Source: Phoronis australis (lineage: Eukaryota > Animalia > Phoronida). From it: DNA of 64,000 bases. Position numbers and translations under genes: made by a program. The DNA is taken from NCBI GenBank assembly GCA_002633005.1, contig NMRA01000024.1, positions 1,414,780 to 1,478,779 of the forward strand, given 5' to 3'. How positions within the stretch are numbered: the first letter of the stretch is position 1; each line of letters starts with the position of its first letter. Below are positions 11,411 through 24,701 of this stretch, piece after piece. The notes under the pieces were generated by a model that ran no database searches, was not told the origin of the DNA, and saw only the letters and a program-made list of their open reading frames with translations.

Positions 11411-14400
11411 CTGAAAATGAATTAAAATATACGGATATTTATTGATTGTCCTACATTCAACTCATCAAAGCTGTCCGAGACAATCAACTGTCTCAATTTA
11501 GGCTATATAGGGCCAAGAAACCTATGTATTTAGTTAAGTACCGACATAACTGTAGAATTTAACTACGTAAAAGTAAAATTTTCTGGAAGAAGAAAGATGG
11601 TAGAATATGGTCTTTGGCTTAGTACTAATCTGTCGTTAATTGACGTGACCATGTCTTTTAAGTAGAATCGGTAATTGTCTGGTATAACGTGGATGAATTT
11701 TGAACCAGTTTTCGCAACTGAATAACGGGCATCAAACTGGTTCTCAAAATACGGGCACGTTATATCAGACTATTGCCGTAAAATTTGCCAAAATCGAACA
11801 TGTATAGTAAAACAATGACACTAAAAACATGGCCCAATTTCACTCGATATAAATGTTCAAGATGAAACCTCAAATAACGCAGCTTTCTAAAATATTACTT
11901 CGTTGTCCTTGTAGTCCGCAACGTTTGAGACACTTGATAAAATTTATTAAAGTCCTATTTTTGTTGGTCTTTGGTGAAAAACGGGAACTATGAAATAAAA
12001 AATCTTAACAGCGTTTATCGAGAAGTGTGCATAAAGCATAGCACGTGACAGTTTCATGTGATTCCGATCAGTCATTTCTGATACCGCATCATTTGACGTT
12101 CCGAAGCTAAATCTAGACATTTTGCATGGTCCTACATAAGCTAAAATATATTATCAAGCTACTTATTAAGGGGACGAATTTTGTGCAATTGAGTAACCTT
12201 AAGTTAATAATTTGCGAGTACAAAACGGAAATAACCCCTTTTAACTTAAAAGCTTGTTCCTTGCTTAGTTTTCAAAACCTTCTTTTGGCGATCAAATTTG
12301 AAGACTTCTAACAGCTGAAGCATGGGCGGCGCACTACAGGGGCTGGGGGCTATAGCCCCCCACTTTATTGAGTGCTACGCCGCACATGGTCTATAGGCGG
12401 TGAACCACGGGGGGCTGAAGGGGCTTTAACCCCCCACTTTTTTCAGTGNGGTAGCCGAAATGGAGTCCGTATCACGGGAGGTAATCATGCTATGAGATCG
12501 AGTTTATTTGGGTAAAAAGACCTAATTCATCAACTAAACAGGGAGAACACAGCCTTTTAAAGCATGCAGGCAGGTGAGAAAACTAAAATTAAACTCAATG
12601 AACTGGAAATCATATAAATGCCATTGACTCACCTGCGCACCGATGAATTGGAAGAAAAGGTTACAAATGGCGTTTAAAAGTGGCACGTGCCAGTACTGAT
12701 AAGATCTGGCAGCTGCGCCCGCACCGCAATCGATGGATGAAAATAGTTGTAATTTGCTACGTTATTTTTTCCAACCTCACGGATTAAAGCTCTGTGAGTA
12801 CAGAAAATCACGTTCCCAGTAAGAAAGAACTATTTTCCGATATAGCCGCGATTTAAATCACAAGGTGGGAGATAGTGAAATTTTCAATTTTGAAGGAAAA
12901 TGAAGCCAAATTGAAGACAATCTCCGCCAATGACATAATGAAACAGACTTCACCTTGTGTATTCAGTGAGCCATACGTTCAAAACGGCGTTATAGTTGCA
13001 AGTCACATAGACAATTTACAAAGTGCAAATTCTTATACAAAGGCTTTACACACATTTTTACCTTACAACCGAGCTTTCCTTTATTTTGCATTTTTAATGA
13101 ACGGCGTGAGATGTAATCGTAGCACGTGCCCAAATGTATTATCCTAATTACTATGTCCTTCCTCACACTTGTATTTTTGAAACAAGCAATGTTTTTACTT
13201 TGTTCTTCCCAAACGTAAAATTTATGGCCAAGCTCGATGAAGTGCTAATTGGTGGACTGCGTTCTTGTCTCTTCTATTTGCAGATTTACCAACGTTCTTT
13301 AACAACTTCTTTGCCTCCATCATATGCTGTCAAATCACCATTGTGAGGTCGGATAATCAACCAAATGCCACAAAATGCTCACGCCACGAAAGATTGAAAA
13401 CACGTTGTGCATATTTTTGTTATAACGACTAGAAACTGGTCCAACTGCATGGTCACCTCGTGCTTTACAACACGGACTAAAAGTTCAATTTTCCTTATTG
13501 GGATACCTGCCCTTTTACGGAATCAGCACTAACGGGTCCCGCTTCTCATTGATTGCTGCTGAAAATTTCCACTTGTGTTAGGAATTTTAGGGATCGTAAG
13601 CAGCTACGATTTTATAGTCCACGGCTCGCGTAAGCAGCGTTTAAAGCTAAGAAAGAAATTTGAAACAACGAATACTGTGGTGGCCAAAACGCAAGCACGG
13701 CGAAGCCGAAATTTGCGAGATTTTGACACAACAGGCGCTGCAAACTTAATACAATTTCCATCTATTGAACTTTTGCGACCCGAGAATCACTTACGTTGGC
13801 GTCATGGTGTTAACGTATCACTTCACAGAGAGAGGTCGTCCGCTGTTTCCACAACTTCAAGCTCATTTTCCAGGGCTATAGACCTTAATGAGAGGTTATG
13901 TAACAATTAAAAGGATACCAAACCCGGGTCTGGCCTATTGATAGATACTTAAAATGACATTCCCATCTAGTTCTCTGAAACAAAATAATGATTGGTAATC
14001 TTCGAGAACCCCCGAAAGTTTAGAGGACTGTTTGAAAACTTCTTACAAAGTCTGCTAAACGGGTAAGCGTGACTTACGCTTTTAGCGAATTACACAGCAA
14101 CTTTGGAAAAAGGCCAACCACCAAAGACCACAATATCCAATTTGCAATAGACGGAGAATGAGTTTTTAGTTGATTCCTACATTTGACTTGGAAGATTGAC
14201 GCCAGTTATGCATGCATTAGCAAGTGACACAACGAGGGTTGGTTGAAATCATCGCAACATTCTTTAGTATCCTTTAAATATATTTGGCATTTTCCCTACT
14301 TTTCTCCTGTGTTCGAAAACCAACCAATTTTAAATATTCTCTGAGCCGCACGATTGCACCAAACGTACCTTCTCGGCTGGCTATCTAGGGGTTACCGCTC

Positions 14401-16029
14401 ATCGCTTTCTGTACTATTAATCTCATTCTGTGTATATTGAATGGGCTGTATGCCAAATCTGCTCCACGAATAAGAAGTTTTCACCTCGTCAAAATAGGTT
14501 TTACACATTTAATATTGTCTCTTAAAAATGCGTTTACTTTCTGGTTCCATACATATCTTCGGTCATGAAGCATGTCTACAGCAATTGAGACGACTTCACG
14601 AAGAATTCCATCTCCACTAACATCTAACATTGATACTTGCCCCGTGTATAGTTTGGAACTCTTGTGAAGTAAATCTGCGTAGTGTTAAAAAATATGAACG
14701 TATGTTCCGTCAAAGTCTATCCTCAAGGGCTATCTGCAGTGCGTGATTGGTTGCTTGCTAGCCAGCTTATCAATCTCGAGTTATTCGAGGTTTTCTCATT
14801 TGATGACTGTCTTTCATTGCTTCCTCAATGCAAGATAATGGTTTATAATTTACTGTACGCTGGTGTAATACGCATAGCCGTCATTGCTGTTCATGTTCTT
14901 GGTAGGTCGCCTTCCTCACCTTTGAATTTTTAGTCGCCTTCGTCAAAGTGTTGTTTCTCAGAGCACCCCATTACTCAGAATTTCCTCCCTTTTTCAGATA
15001 TTCCCGCCCCATTTTAGATGTTCAGATTTTTTCGCATTTTTGGATCCCCCTTTCTTTTAAGATGTTTCCCGCCTTTTTAGATTTCCTCGCCTTTTCTTTG
15101 GACTTTTCTCTTTTTAGACTTTGTCGCCTACCTTAAGCCCCCCATGTTTTCGCACCTTTTAAAAAAAATCCTTCCTTACTTTGGATTTTCCACTCTTTAT
15201 TTTAGATTTTCAGCCATATTCTCATTTTTCAGATTCCCACCCTTTTCTAAATTTTCCCGCCTATTACGATTTTCACGCATCTTTTTATAGCAAACGTTTT
15301 CCAATTACCAACAATCTTTTCTACACTAAATCTACTGCTTATCCATTCCTAGTCACATTTGCAGGGATATCATTTATGTTCGAAGTATGTCCCGAAAATA
15401 ATAGGTGCGTCGCAAGCTCCGTTTCCAGAGATAAAAAGGAGACCGTGATAGTCATTTATCACTTGCCGAAGCTCATATATCATGATCGCGTCGTGCATCT
15501 CAACATGTGTCGTACTCTAACTGCGTATGACTCAGGACGAGTCAGTACTGTTCATTCCCACCTGCTTTCGATACAAACTTTTCATTTCAGTATTACTAGC
15601 AAACGTACGTCGTTTTCTTATTTTTAATTTTGTAAATTTGAAGTTTTAAATATACATATCTAGTAAGAAAATTTAAAGTCGCATTTCTCACTGTTTAGCC
15701 GACTTTTCACTATTATAAGTCACACAATAATCGCTACCGGGGTAGAATTCTATTTCCGTTACCAACAAGAACAAACAAACTTTCAACGACTCAAAAACAC
15801 TTTATAGTTTATTGAGGTTGGCCAACCATAAATTGCAATTCAAAAACAGTTCGTGTGTTCATCGTCTGTAATTAAGCTAGTAACGGGAAATGGAATCACA
15901 TTACAATAACGAATATTATTAGACCGATTTCATGAGAGTAAAAGTCAAAATGCGATTTTCGCTTTTATCTAAACAGACTCGGCAAATGTAACTTTAACAA
16001 AATTAAAAACACTCTTATGTTTAATTCCT

Positions 16030-19000
16030 TTAGTCAAGCTGTTTTAAAACTGTTTTATCTGAATCTCTCGCCACTATTGGTAATTTTGAGTACCAATGAG
16101 ACTTAAAGGGTTGTTTCATCCAAGTCATATTTCGGATCCATTCGTCGAGACATTCCAACACCACGTGATCATAGGTGAACGGAAGCAACTTGTTGACAAA
16201 CATTTCTCGCCTGGTCACCAGTCTGGGTAGATCTAAAAGATCTGGGATGCAGATACCGTGTCGCAAGTATGTACAATCCTTCCATAAAGAGTGCGATGTC
16301 ATGGCTTTGGGCTCAGGCATTAAAGGTCCTGGAAATGAATTAAAATATACGGATATTTATTGATTGTCCTACATCGACCTCATCAAAGCTGTCCGAGACA
16401 ATCAACTGTCTCAATTTAGGCAAACCTATGTATTTAGTCAAGTACCTACATGACTGTAGAATTTAACTACGTAAAAGTAAAATTTTCTAGAAGAAGAAAG
16501 ATGGTAGAATATGGTCTTTGGCTTAGTACCAATCTGTCGTCAATTGACGTGACCATGTCCTTTAAGTAGAATCGGTAATTGTCTGATATAACGTGGATGA
16601 ATTTTGAACCAGTTTTCGCCACTGAATAACGGGCATCAAACTGGTTCTCAAAATACGGGCACGTTATATCAGACTATTGCCGTAAAATTTGCCAAAATCG
16701 AACATGTATAGGAAAACAATGACACTAAAAACATGGCCCAATTTCACGCGATATAAATGTTCAAGATGAAACCTCAAAAAACGCAGCTTTCTAAAATATT
16801 ACTTCGTTGTCCTTGTAGTCCGCAACGTTTGAGACACTTGATAAAATTTATTAAAGTCCTATTTTTGTTGGTCTCTGGTGAAAAACGGGAACTATGAAAT
16901 AAAAAAATCTTAACAGCCTTTATGGAGAAGTGTGCATAAAGCATAGCACGTGACTGTTTCATGTGATTCCGATCAGTCATTTCTGATACCGCATCATTTG
17001 ACGTTCCGAAGCTAAATCGAGACATTTTGCAGGGTCCTACATAACCTAAAATATATTATCAAGCTACTTATTAAGGGGATGAATTTTGTGCAACTGAGTA
17101 ACCTTAAGTTAATAATTTGCCAGTACAAAACGGAAATAACCCTTTTTAACTTAAAAGCTTGTTCCTTGCTTAGTTTTCAAAAGCTTCTTTTGGCGATCAA
17201 ATTTGAAGACTTCTAACAGCTGAAGCATGGGCGGCGCACTATAGGGGCTGGGGGGCTATAGCCCCCCACTTTATTGAGTGCTACGCCGCACATGATCTAT
17301 AGGCGGTGAACCACGGGGAGCTCAAGGGTTAACCCCCGACTTTTTTCAATGCTGCGCCGCCCATGTGAAGACCACTTTTTGATCAACAGAAACGGCCATC
17401 CCATGATGTTCGCGTGAAATGTATTACGTGGAGAAGTTGTGACATAGATGGTTGCACTCGACACGTCATATTTACATCCGGACGACAATAATGTGTCGAG
17501 TGCGTCAGTGTACATGACAATTCAGAAGTCAAGGAAACCTTAGTGTCATACCAGACAGCTGCATGCATCTATAAAATATACCAGACAGGAAAAAAAGCTT
17601 AGCTACAAACCTGCAAACTGCTTGACATAACTCATGAATAAACTAGTACGTCATTGTGCTCATCACGGATTGGCTGATGAACTGTAACTCTTTATTACGG
17701 AACTATAACTAGAGAGGTTTTTAGAAAAATTGCGATATTAGTTGCGTTGCAGTACTAATCTCTGTTCAGACAGAAAAGGTAACCTTAGAAATCATAATTA
17801 AATACGAACTCAGATCAACTGTTGCAATAATTGTAAAGTGGTCGGTGGCGATGGTGGGACTGGGTGTGAATGTAATGATGATGAAGATGTTGGACGATGA
17901 TGACGTTAACGACGATTGTAGTTTACGTAGGAGGGGTCGAGGAGGGGAGGGTGATGGTGAGGGTGAACTGATAGTGATAATGGGGGCAACAATGACTGTA
18001 TTGGCGAGTGAGAGTGACATGACAATGGCGCCTATGGTTTATGACGAATACCTCTATAGCCACCAGGCGTGTCCAGTTGGGGATTGATCGTGAGATGATT
18101 CAGCGTCACCATATAGGACTCGTCTGGAGAATACGATGTCTTCAGAAAATTCCTGAGCGTGATGGAATGATTGTCATAAAGGACATAATTAACGAACGGT
18201 CGTGAAAAGGCACCGAATGTTGACCCTTTTAAAATCGTTAGTCCATACGGTGGTTGTTGAGTATGCGGAATACGGACCCAATTGCGCTTCCATACTTGGT
18301 TGCCATGGACGTCCGTCAATGGACGATAAAAATGCCTCTTCCACCGAAAGCTTAAGTCACGCTTGAGTGATGATACGCTCAAATCATTGGACATGTTAAA
18401 CAGTCTTAGAATCTTTATCATTTCAAGAACGGTTTTCAGTGGAAACATTTCTCCAGTTAAATTGATATGATATTTCCATTTGTGGTTTTTCCTTAGATTA
18501 TCTTCCATACATGTGAGTTCCGCCTCTACCTGAGAGTAACTGGCATATGTTATCACTGTGTGTTTAGATGCAATAAATACGTTAGGAAAGCAATCGGCGA
18601 CTGCCTGTATTCCTGTCTTGAAATCGTCTTGCGCTCTTGCATCAACGTGAATGCAATAAATATTTTGGCGCCTATAGATGGCACGCAATAACCTTTCCAC
18701 TTGGTCCACGTGATGGNTTGCCATGGACGTCCATCAATGGACGATAAAAATGCCTCTTCCACCGAAAGCTTAAGTCACGCTTGAGTGATGATACGCTCAA
18801 ATCATTGGACATGTTAAACAGTCTTAGAATCTTTATCATTTCAAGAACGGTTTTCAGTGGAAACATTTCTCCAGTTAAACTGATGTGATATTTCCATTTG
18901 TGGTTTTTCCTTAGATTATCTTCCATACATGTGAGTTCCGCCTCTACCTGAGAGTAACTGGCATATGTTATCACTGTGTGTTTAGATGCAATAAATACGT

Positions 19001-19494
19001 TAGGAAAGCAATCGGCGACTGCCTGTATTCCTGTCTTGAAATCGTCTTGCGCTCTTGCATCAACGTGAATGCAATAAATATTTTGGCGCCTATAGATGGC
19101 ACGCAATAACCTTTCCACTTGGTCCACGTGATGGTATGCGAGAATTGAAAAAGACAGCGGGAAATCCTGTTCCTCTTCACTAGGGCCAGGATCCAGAATA
19201 TAGCACCGGTCTTGTTTAAATAAATTACAATCGTGTGTAAGATTCAGAAACTCAATGTCAGGAATGGGCTGCCGAAGACTGTAGCCTTTTGGAAACAGTT
19301 CTTGCTCCTCCTTGTCGCCTTCGATGAGTTTGTAACAACTGTACGGTCGTCTTCGACTGTTCTCATACCAGCGACATGTTGGTGGCGTTTGCCGTGTAGC
19401 CCTTCCAGGTTCATTCTGACTCCACATTGTAATGATAATTCTTGCGCCTGTGCAGATTGTCATTATTACTAACATGACATTGTGCAAATGGCAC
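16030..19494 (-). CDS. GT14 GCNT-like glycosyltransferase, paralog B; exons 19494-18052 (contains a 417-bp assembly duplication at N18717) and 16328-16030
   Basis: ORFs 18672-19559 and 18032-18724 merge into one intact frame when the repeat 18300-18716/18718-19134 is collapsed. Donor AGAG|GTATTC at 18052; acceptor TTTCCAG|GA at 16328; stop TAA at 16030. Acceptor TTTTTCACAG|G at 19494; first in-frame ATG in this exon at 19475. Same motifs as paralog A. Confidence 0.85.
17226..17365. mobile_element. 140-bp MITE, 13-bp TIR, 5-bp TSD TGAAG (truncated allelic copy 12321-12448)
   Basis: CATGGGCGGCGCA ... TGCGCCGCCCATG flanked by TGAAG on both sides; empty site CTGAAGACCAC in paralog A near 1580. 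Confidence 0.85.
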
Positions 19495-21274
19495 CTGTGA
19501 AAAATCAGATAGTGTACTTTGCAAAACAAAACACTTGCGAAAAGTAACAACAAAAACAATTACTACGTCAATACTAGTAAAAACAGAGACAGTCGGCAGG
19601 AACAAAAAGAACAACGACGTCAGGTGTGAGCACAATCTTAACGCTAAGACCTACGCTACGACCTTCCAGCTAAAATCTAGCCAAAGTCACGTGTTCTCAT
19701 CGAAAATACACGGCAATATCTCACGCAATCTCGGGAAGTCTTGCTTTTAAGCGAGGTCCTATTGTTACTGAACGAGAGGCAGGGCAACTTATGGCTAATT
19801 AATAGTACAACTTCATCACCAGCACTAGCATAGCACTAATAAACTCAAGGTTATGCAGTGAATTCCCGCAAATGAAGGCACCTGTCATTTCTGACTGATT
19901 TTGAAATACTCAAAAGCATTATTGTCGTCGCAGAGGAGCCACCAATCATTCCGTGCAATGGCCGACGTACCACAGACTACAAAAGAGAGCTTTCGAGATC
20001 AGGGGCCTGTTTCTCAGTTGAACAATCGTTTGATTTTGTCTTTTGATTTGCTTCTAAAAATCAGTCTACGGATGGCTTAGCCTGTTTCACGAAAATGAGG
20101 GTAAGGCTGGAAATCAGAATATCTGTCTACAACTTGAAGTTCAACTGAGACAGAGATCCGTAGTCTACTTAAATAGATTGAAGGCAATTTTATAAATCAT
20201 TTCGAGAAAGAAAAAATCAACTTTTGGCTATTTTTAGCCAGATTTCTGACTTTTGGCTTGTCTGGTTGAGATACAGAACTCTGGCATTCACAAAGCAGGT
20301 GAAGGTTCGGTTTTGACATGCTGAGCTCTACAACAGCTACAGCAACCATTCTAGTTTCAAACATCCATATGCTTCTACTTCAAGTGTGTAGAAAAGGAAA
20401 AAATACTGGGTCAACATGGCGGCTGACCATAGATGAACCGTTACAAATGAACGCTGCAAAGCAGGTGCTACACCATATTCATCCTAGAGCATTTACAGAG
20501 AAAAGGAATTTGATGAGTTCTTTCTCGATTTGGTTGTCTTCTCCGAGTTCCCATACTTCTTAAGAATAGTTCTTCGTTCACGGTTTCATTAACCAAAAGA
20601 AATCATCAAACGGTGATGTGAAAATCGCGTGCATGTGTCAAAAAATGTATTTTGCAAAACAACATTTTGTCCGTGTAGCCTTATTGGTGAGAGACGTGCC
20701 GACCCATTTTGCCCATGAACTGCATGGCGATGTTTTTACCGGTTCACTGTGGCATTGGTACGGTAACATGTTACCAATTTCGGAAACATTTGATTGCCAA
20801 ACAATACTTTTTTATTTTCAGGGGCTCCTGACATCATTCTGAATGATCACGGTTTTCAAAACTTTTGTATGCTGGTAGCTCTGGTACAAAACTTCAACAT
20901 GGAAACGCATTCTTTTTGATGCTGTATAAGTTGGATTGAAAAAATGATAAGACAAATTTCACTTTTCGGCCATAGTGTGCCCAAGTTGGTGAGATAATAC
21001 CGTATGTGTTGAAGAATTAACTCCTAACAGAAAAACGAGAAATGTTTTGTTACGCCACTGAAACGATATGTTTTCAAAGCAGCTCGATGAATTCGTTTGT
21101 ACAGTGCAGTGGTAAGAAAATGAATCAAAGCAGGTTTAGCGGATAGATTTTACTAAAAAGCACCGATAGAGCATAAACCTTTACAATAACGACTTTTCTA
21201 TTATCACGACATGCAGACCCATTCATGTAGACAGCTGAAGTCATAAATGTGTCCACCATAACGAACGTTTGCAG

Positions 21275-23016
21275 TGATACGTCGTAAAATGTAACAATTT
21301 CGTAAAATGTAACAATTGTTACATTTTACGTTGCTAAGCCTCTCCTAAAATGTAACAAGTTGTTGCATTTTACGTAGTTGTTACATTTTTGTCGAATGCA
21401 CATACGAGAAATGTACCATTGTTACATTTACAAAACCAAAATCACGAACAAAGTGGTGTCTTACACGGGTACTCGAGTATTTTTGGAAGAGGGGTGTCGC
21501 CTGAAAAAATTGAATACCTACCCGTTTAGAGAGTGGGCTTGCACAAAAAAGACACATTTAGAGATTAATTTTGTTTAAAAATTCACATTTGCGCACATTT
21601 TTGTTCCAGAAATTCAGAAAAGAACCCTTTTAGATACTATTTTGTTGAAAATGACGCCATCTTGGAGAGTATTTTTATTGTGAAAAAACACCCTTTTGGG
21701 CGGCATCAGAAACTTTGTTCTTGCCCCTTTTGTGTGGAACATTAGCAATGATTCCAAGGTAATAAAACACTGGCTCATCAAGCAATCGTGGACGAAAACG
21801 GGTGTTTTTTTCTACCAAATTAGCTTCCGAAATTGAATTCTCCGTGAAAAAAATTAAATTATTATCGTCGTTTGTTCCCGAAGAAATGCGATAAATATTT
21901 GCCAAATACGATGCCATTTTTCCGTTGTGCTTACAGGGTACCAAAGGAAGTGTGTTTACTGTAATGGCGGACACGGTTCCCTGCGTGTCAGTAGCCAGCA
22001 CGCAGGTATCACTTAATTTTCCTCGGGAAATTTTTTTACACCGGCGTTTCTGATTGGCTAATCAAATTCTCAACAGGCAGCACTTAACGCAAACAAACTG
22101 GCATGACTGATGGACTGAGGGGTCTGTTGTACAGACAAATCGGTGCTTAAAACTTATGCCCAAGAAATGTTAATAATAGAAATTGTAGTTGCACCTTTTC
22201 GGAGGGCATTTTTCTACTGTCGATGACTTTTGTTTACGATGCTGTCCTGTATTCATACAATTTGAATAATACACCGGTTAAATCGACCAGATATGCCAGT
22301 GTTTATTGTACATGTATGTGCTTCAAGCACGCTGCTATTAAACATCACTGCAGAACGAAATAGTTGCTGCGACGCCGCTTGCATGACAAGGCTAAAAATC
22401 GTTCACAGTCCTCCATTTTTTCGCGGTGTTGTAAAGCTAACCAATGGCTGAGGTTACATCAACCAATGCTAAAGCGCGCGTGCCACTACGTGATACCTGC
22501 GTGCTGGCTAGGCACGTAGGGAACCAGCGAGACCTGTGAGCTCCAACACTGAAAAGATTTTTGCAAGAACGCTTTAACAAGAAAAACGTGTTACCTGATC
22601 CTGCAAACTGTCCTGGAGTTCAAACTATACGGGGTACATTTACTAGGCCTATACCAAGAAACTACTCACGTTAAAAACAGTGGAAAGCCCATAGGAACAC
22701 ATCTATAAATTCGAGCTGGCACATTTGATGGAATTTCATTCAAACAATCAGAGAAAGAAGGCGTTAAGTCACTTAAGCGTATGGATCGTTATTCTCCCTG
22801 TGACAAATACCATGCAAAGTCATAAAATATGACGTCGCTTTTGTAAAATGTAACAATGATACATTGCTCGTATATGCGTTCGACGTAAATTGTAACAATT
22901 ACGTAAAATGTAACAACATTTCAGGAGAGGCCTAGCAATGTAAAATGTAACAATGACGTAAAATGTAACAGTTCTTACTTACATTTTACGAAATTGTTAC
23001 ATTTTACGGCGTATCA
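21275..23016. mobile_element. Non-autonomous element with about 160-bp TIRs built of AAAATGTAACAA subrepeats
   Basis: Left TGATACGTCGTAAAATGTAACAATTTCGTAAAATGTAA matches the reverse complement of the right end ...TTACATTTTACGAAATTGTTACATTTTACGGCGTATCA; no clear TSD; absent from the paralog A intron. Confidence 0.7.
21975..22525. mobile_element. Nested MITE-like element with about 37-bp TIRs
   Basis: GGTTCCCTGCGTGTCAGTAGCCAGCACGCAGGTATCAC (21975-22012) versus GTGATACCTGCGTGCTGGCTAGGCACGTAGGGAACC (22490-22525). Confidence 0.65.
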
Positions 23017-24701
23017 GGCCATATGTTATAAATTGCAGCTGCTTTTAACGATTAAAACAATACGGTGGTGTGAACGACAAGTACACTTTGGTCTTTATCC
23101 AAATTTCTTACCCTCGTCCACACACTTTAGTAGTGATGCGTTGTCTCAAAGTATTCCTAATCACAGCCATTTCTCTATAGCTAACTTTCAATAATTTTGC
23201 TCAGGAGTGTTGCCTATACATCTGTACATACATCAAAGACGGCCGACACACCCCGTCAAGTGATCAACGATTTATGACCGACATTTGTCCCGAATAATAG
23301 CTAAATGATACGTGCGTTGCAAGCTCGTTACCAGAGATGAAAAGGAGACCGAGGTAGGCGATATAAGGCAATTTATTATGACTAGTACAATTACAATAAA
23401 ATAAAAACAGGTAAATAACGTATAATAGGTAATCTCTGGTAAGATGGACAATAATAAAGCGCCGGCCACGTGGAAGTACGAGAGAATGACGAAACTGAGA
23501 GGAAGAGGGTGGGAAAATTGAATGAGTTTTTGACGTACATCAATGTGGCCGGAACAAAGTGAACTGAAAGCGAGGTTACAATAACAAAGAAAAGCGCCCC
23601 TAAAGACACGTGACAATCATCAGCCTATAAGAGCCAAGAGCTGACCAAACTTGAGGCACGTAATAACAGCAGATCAATGCGAAGGCTGGGAAAACGACGT
23701 GTAGTCCTACACAAGGGAATAATGGAATAGACCAAGATGAGGGAAAAAAGGAGTAAGACGGGTCCATATGCTCACATACATATATATAACGAGTGAAATA
23801 CCATTTATGATCGACATATGTCCCGAATAATAGATAAATGATACGTGCGTCGCAAGCTCGTTACCAGAGATGAAAAGGAGACCGAGGTAGGCGATATAAG
23901 GTCATTTATTAATTATGACTAGTACAATTACAATAAAATGGATACAGGTAAATAACGTATAATAGGTAATCTGTGGTAAGATGGGCAATAAAAAGCGCCA
24001 CAAGAGATATTGTAAGACAGCTCATGCCCATCCGCAGGGACGCTCGAAGGGAGAGAAAGGAAAAGAAAAGCGTGCAGGACTACTTACAAACGCTGTCAGC
24101 CGGATACTCAACCCTAACTCCGGGTGCCAAACCGGAGGGGCAGGTACGATACCCAGGGCTGGAACAGGTGCCGGTGTTGTCTCACCCCGTGTCGTGGAGA
24201 GAAGAAAAGTAGACAAATGACGGAAAAACAAGGGAGAAATAACGAACGTAAATTCAACAAACTAACAGGTAAGCTAGAGCACAAAAAGCGGGGTACGCAA
24301 ACTAAAATGAAATGAGAGAGAAACGAAAAAATCAAAGATAATGACAATATAAAAATGACTAACAGAGAATAACAAAACAGCTAACATAAGAGAAATAAAG
24401 CTAACAACAGTCGGATTATAAAGGTAGAGTAACAAGTTAAAAATAAATGAACACAAAATATAGCCCGTGGCCTAACAAAATGTCTAACAGGGAGTATATA
24501 AGGACTGGTAAGGTGACTGAAGAAAAAATAAAATATAAAATAAACTACAAGTGAGACTAACGATATGCGGAACGAAGGGATGGGGAAGGTGCAGGCAATA
24601 CTGACACCAGCGAGGGAGGTGCAGGCAATACTGACACCAATGGGAGGTAACGGGTGGCCTGGGGAGGGCAGGGGAAGGGAGAGACAAGAGGAAGGGGGAA
24701 A

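Larger units (their letters stand above)
5593..17351. repeat. Tandem duplicate 5593-12448 / 12450-17351 across N12449 (probable uncollapsed haplotypes)
   Basis: Sequence after the N restarts at the 5593 sequence; high identity with SNPs and indels (7841-9245 and about 9990-10530 only in the first copy). Confidence 0.85.

Noticed and set aside
18300-19134. Internal domain duplication or pseudogenisation of GCNT B
   Set aside because: The duplicate begins exactly at a single N and collapsing it restores a frame colinear with paralog A.
21275-21440. CRISPR-like array of AAAATGTAACAA repeats
   Set aside because: Irregular spacing, mixed orientation, mirrored at 22840-23016 as a TIR; eukaryotic context, no cas genes.
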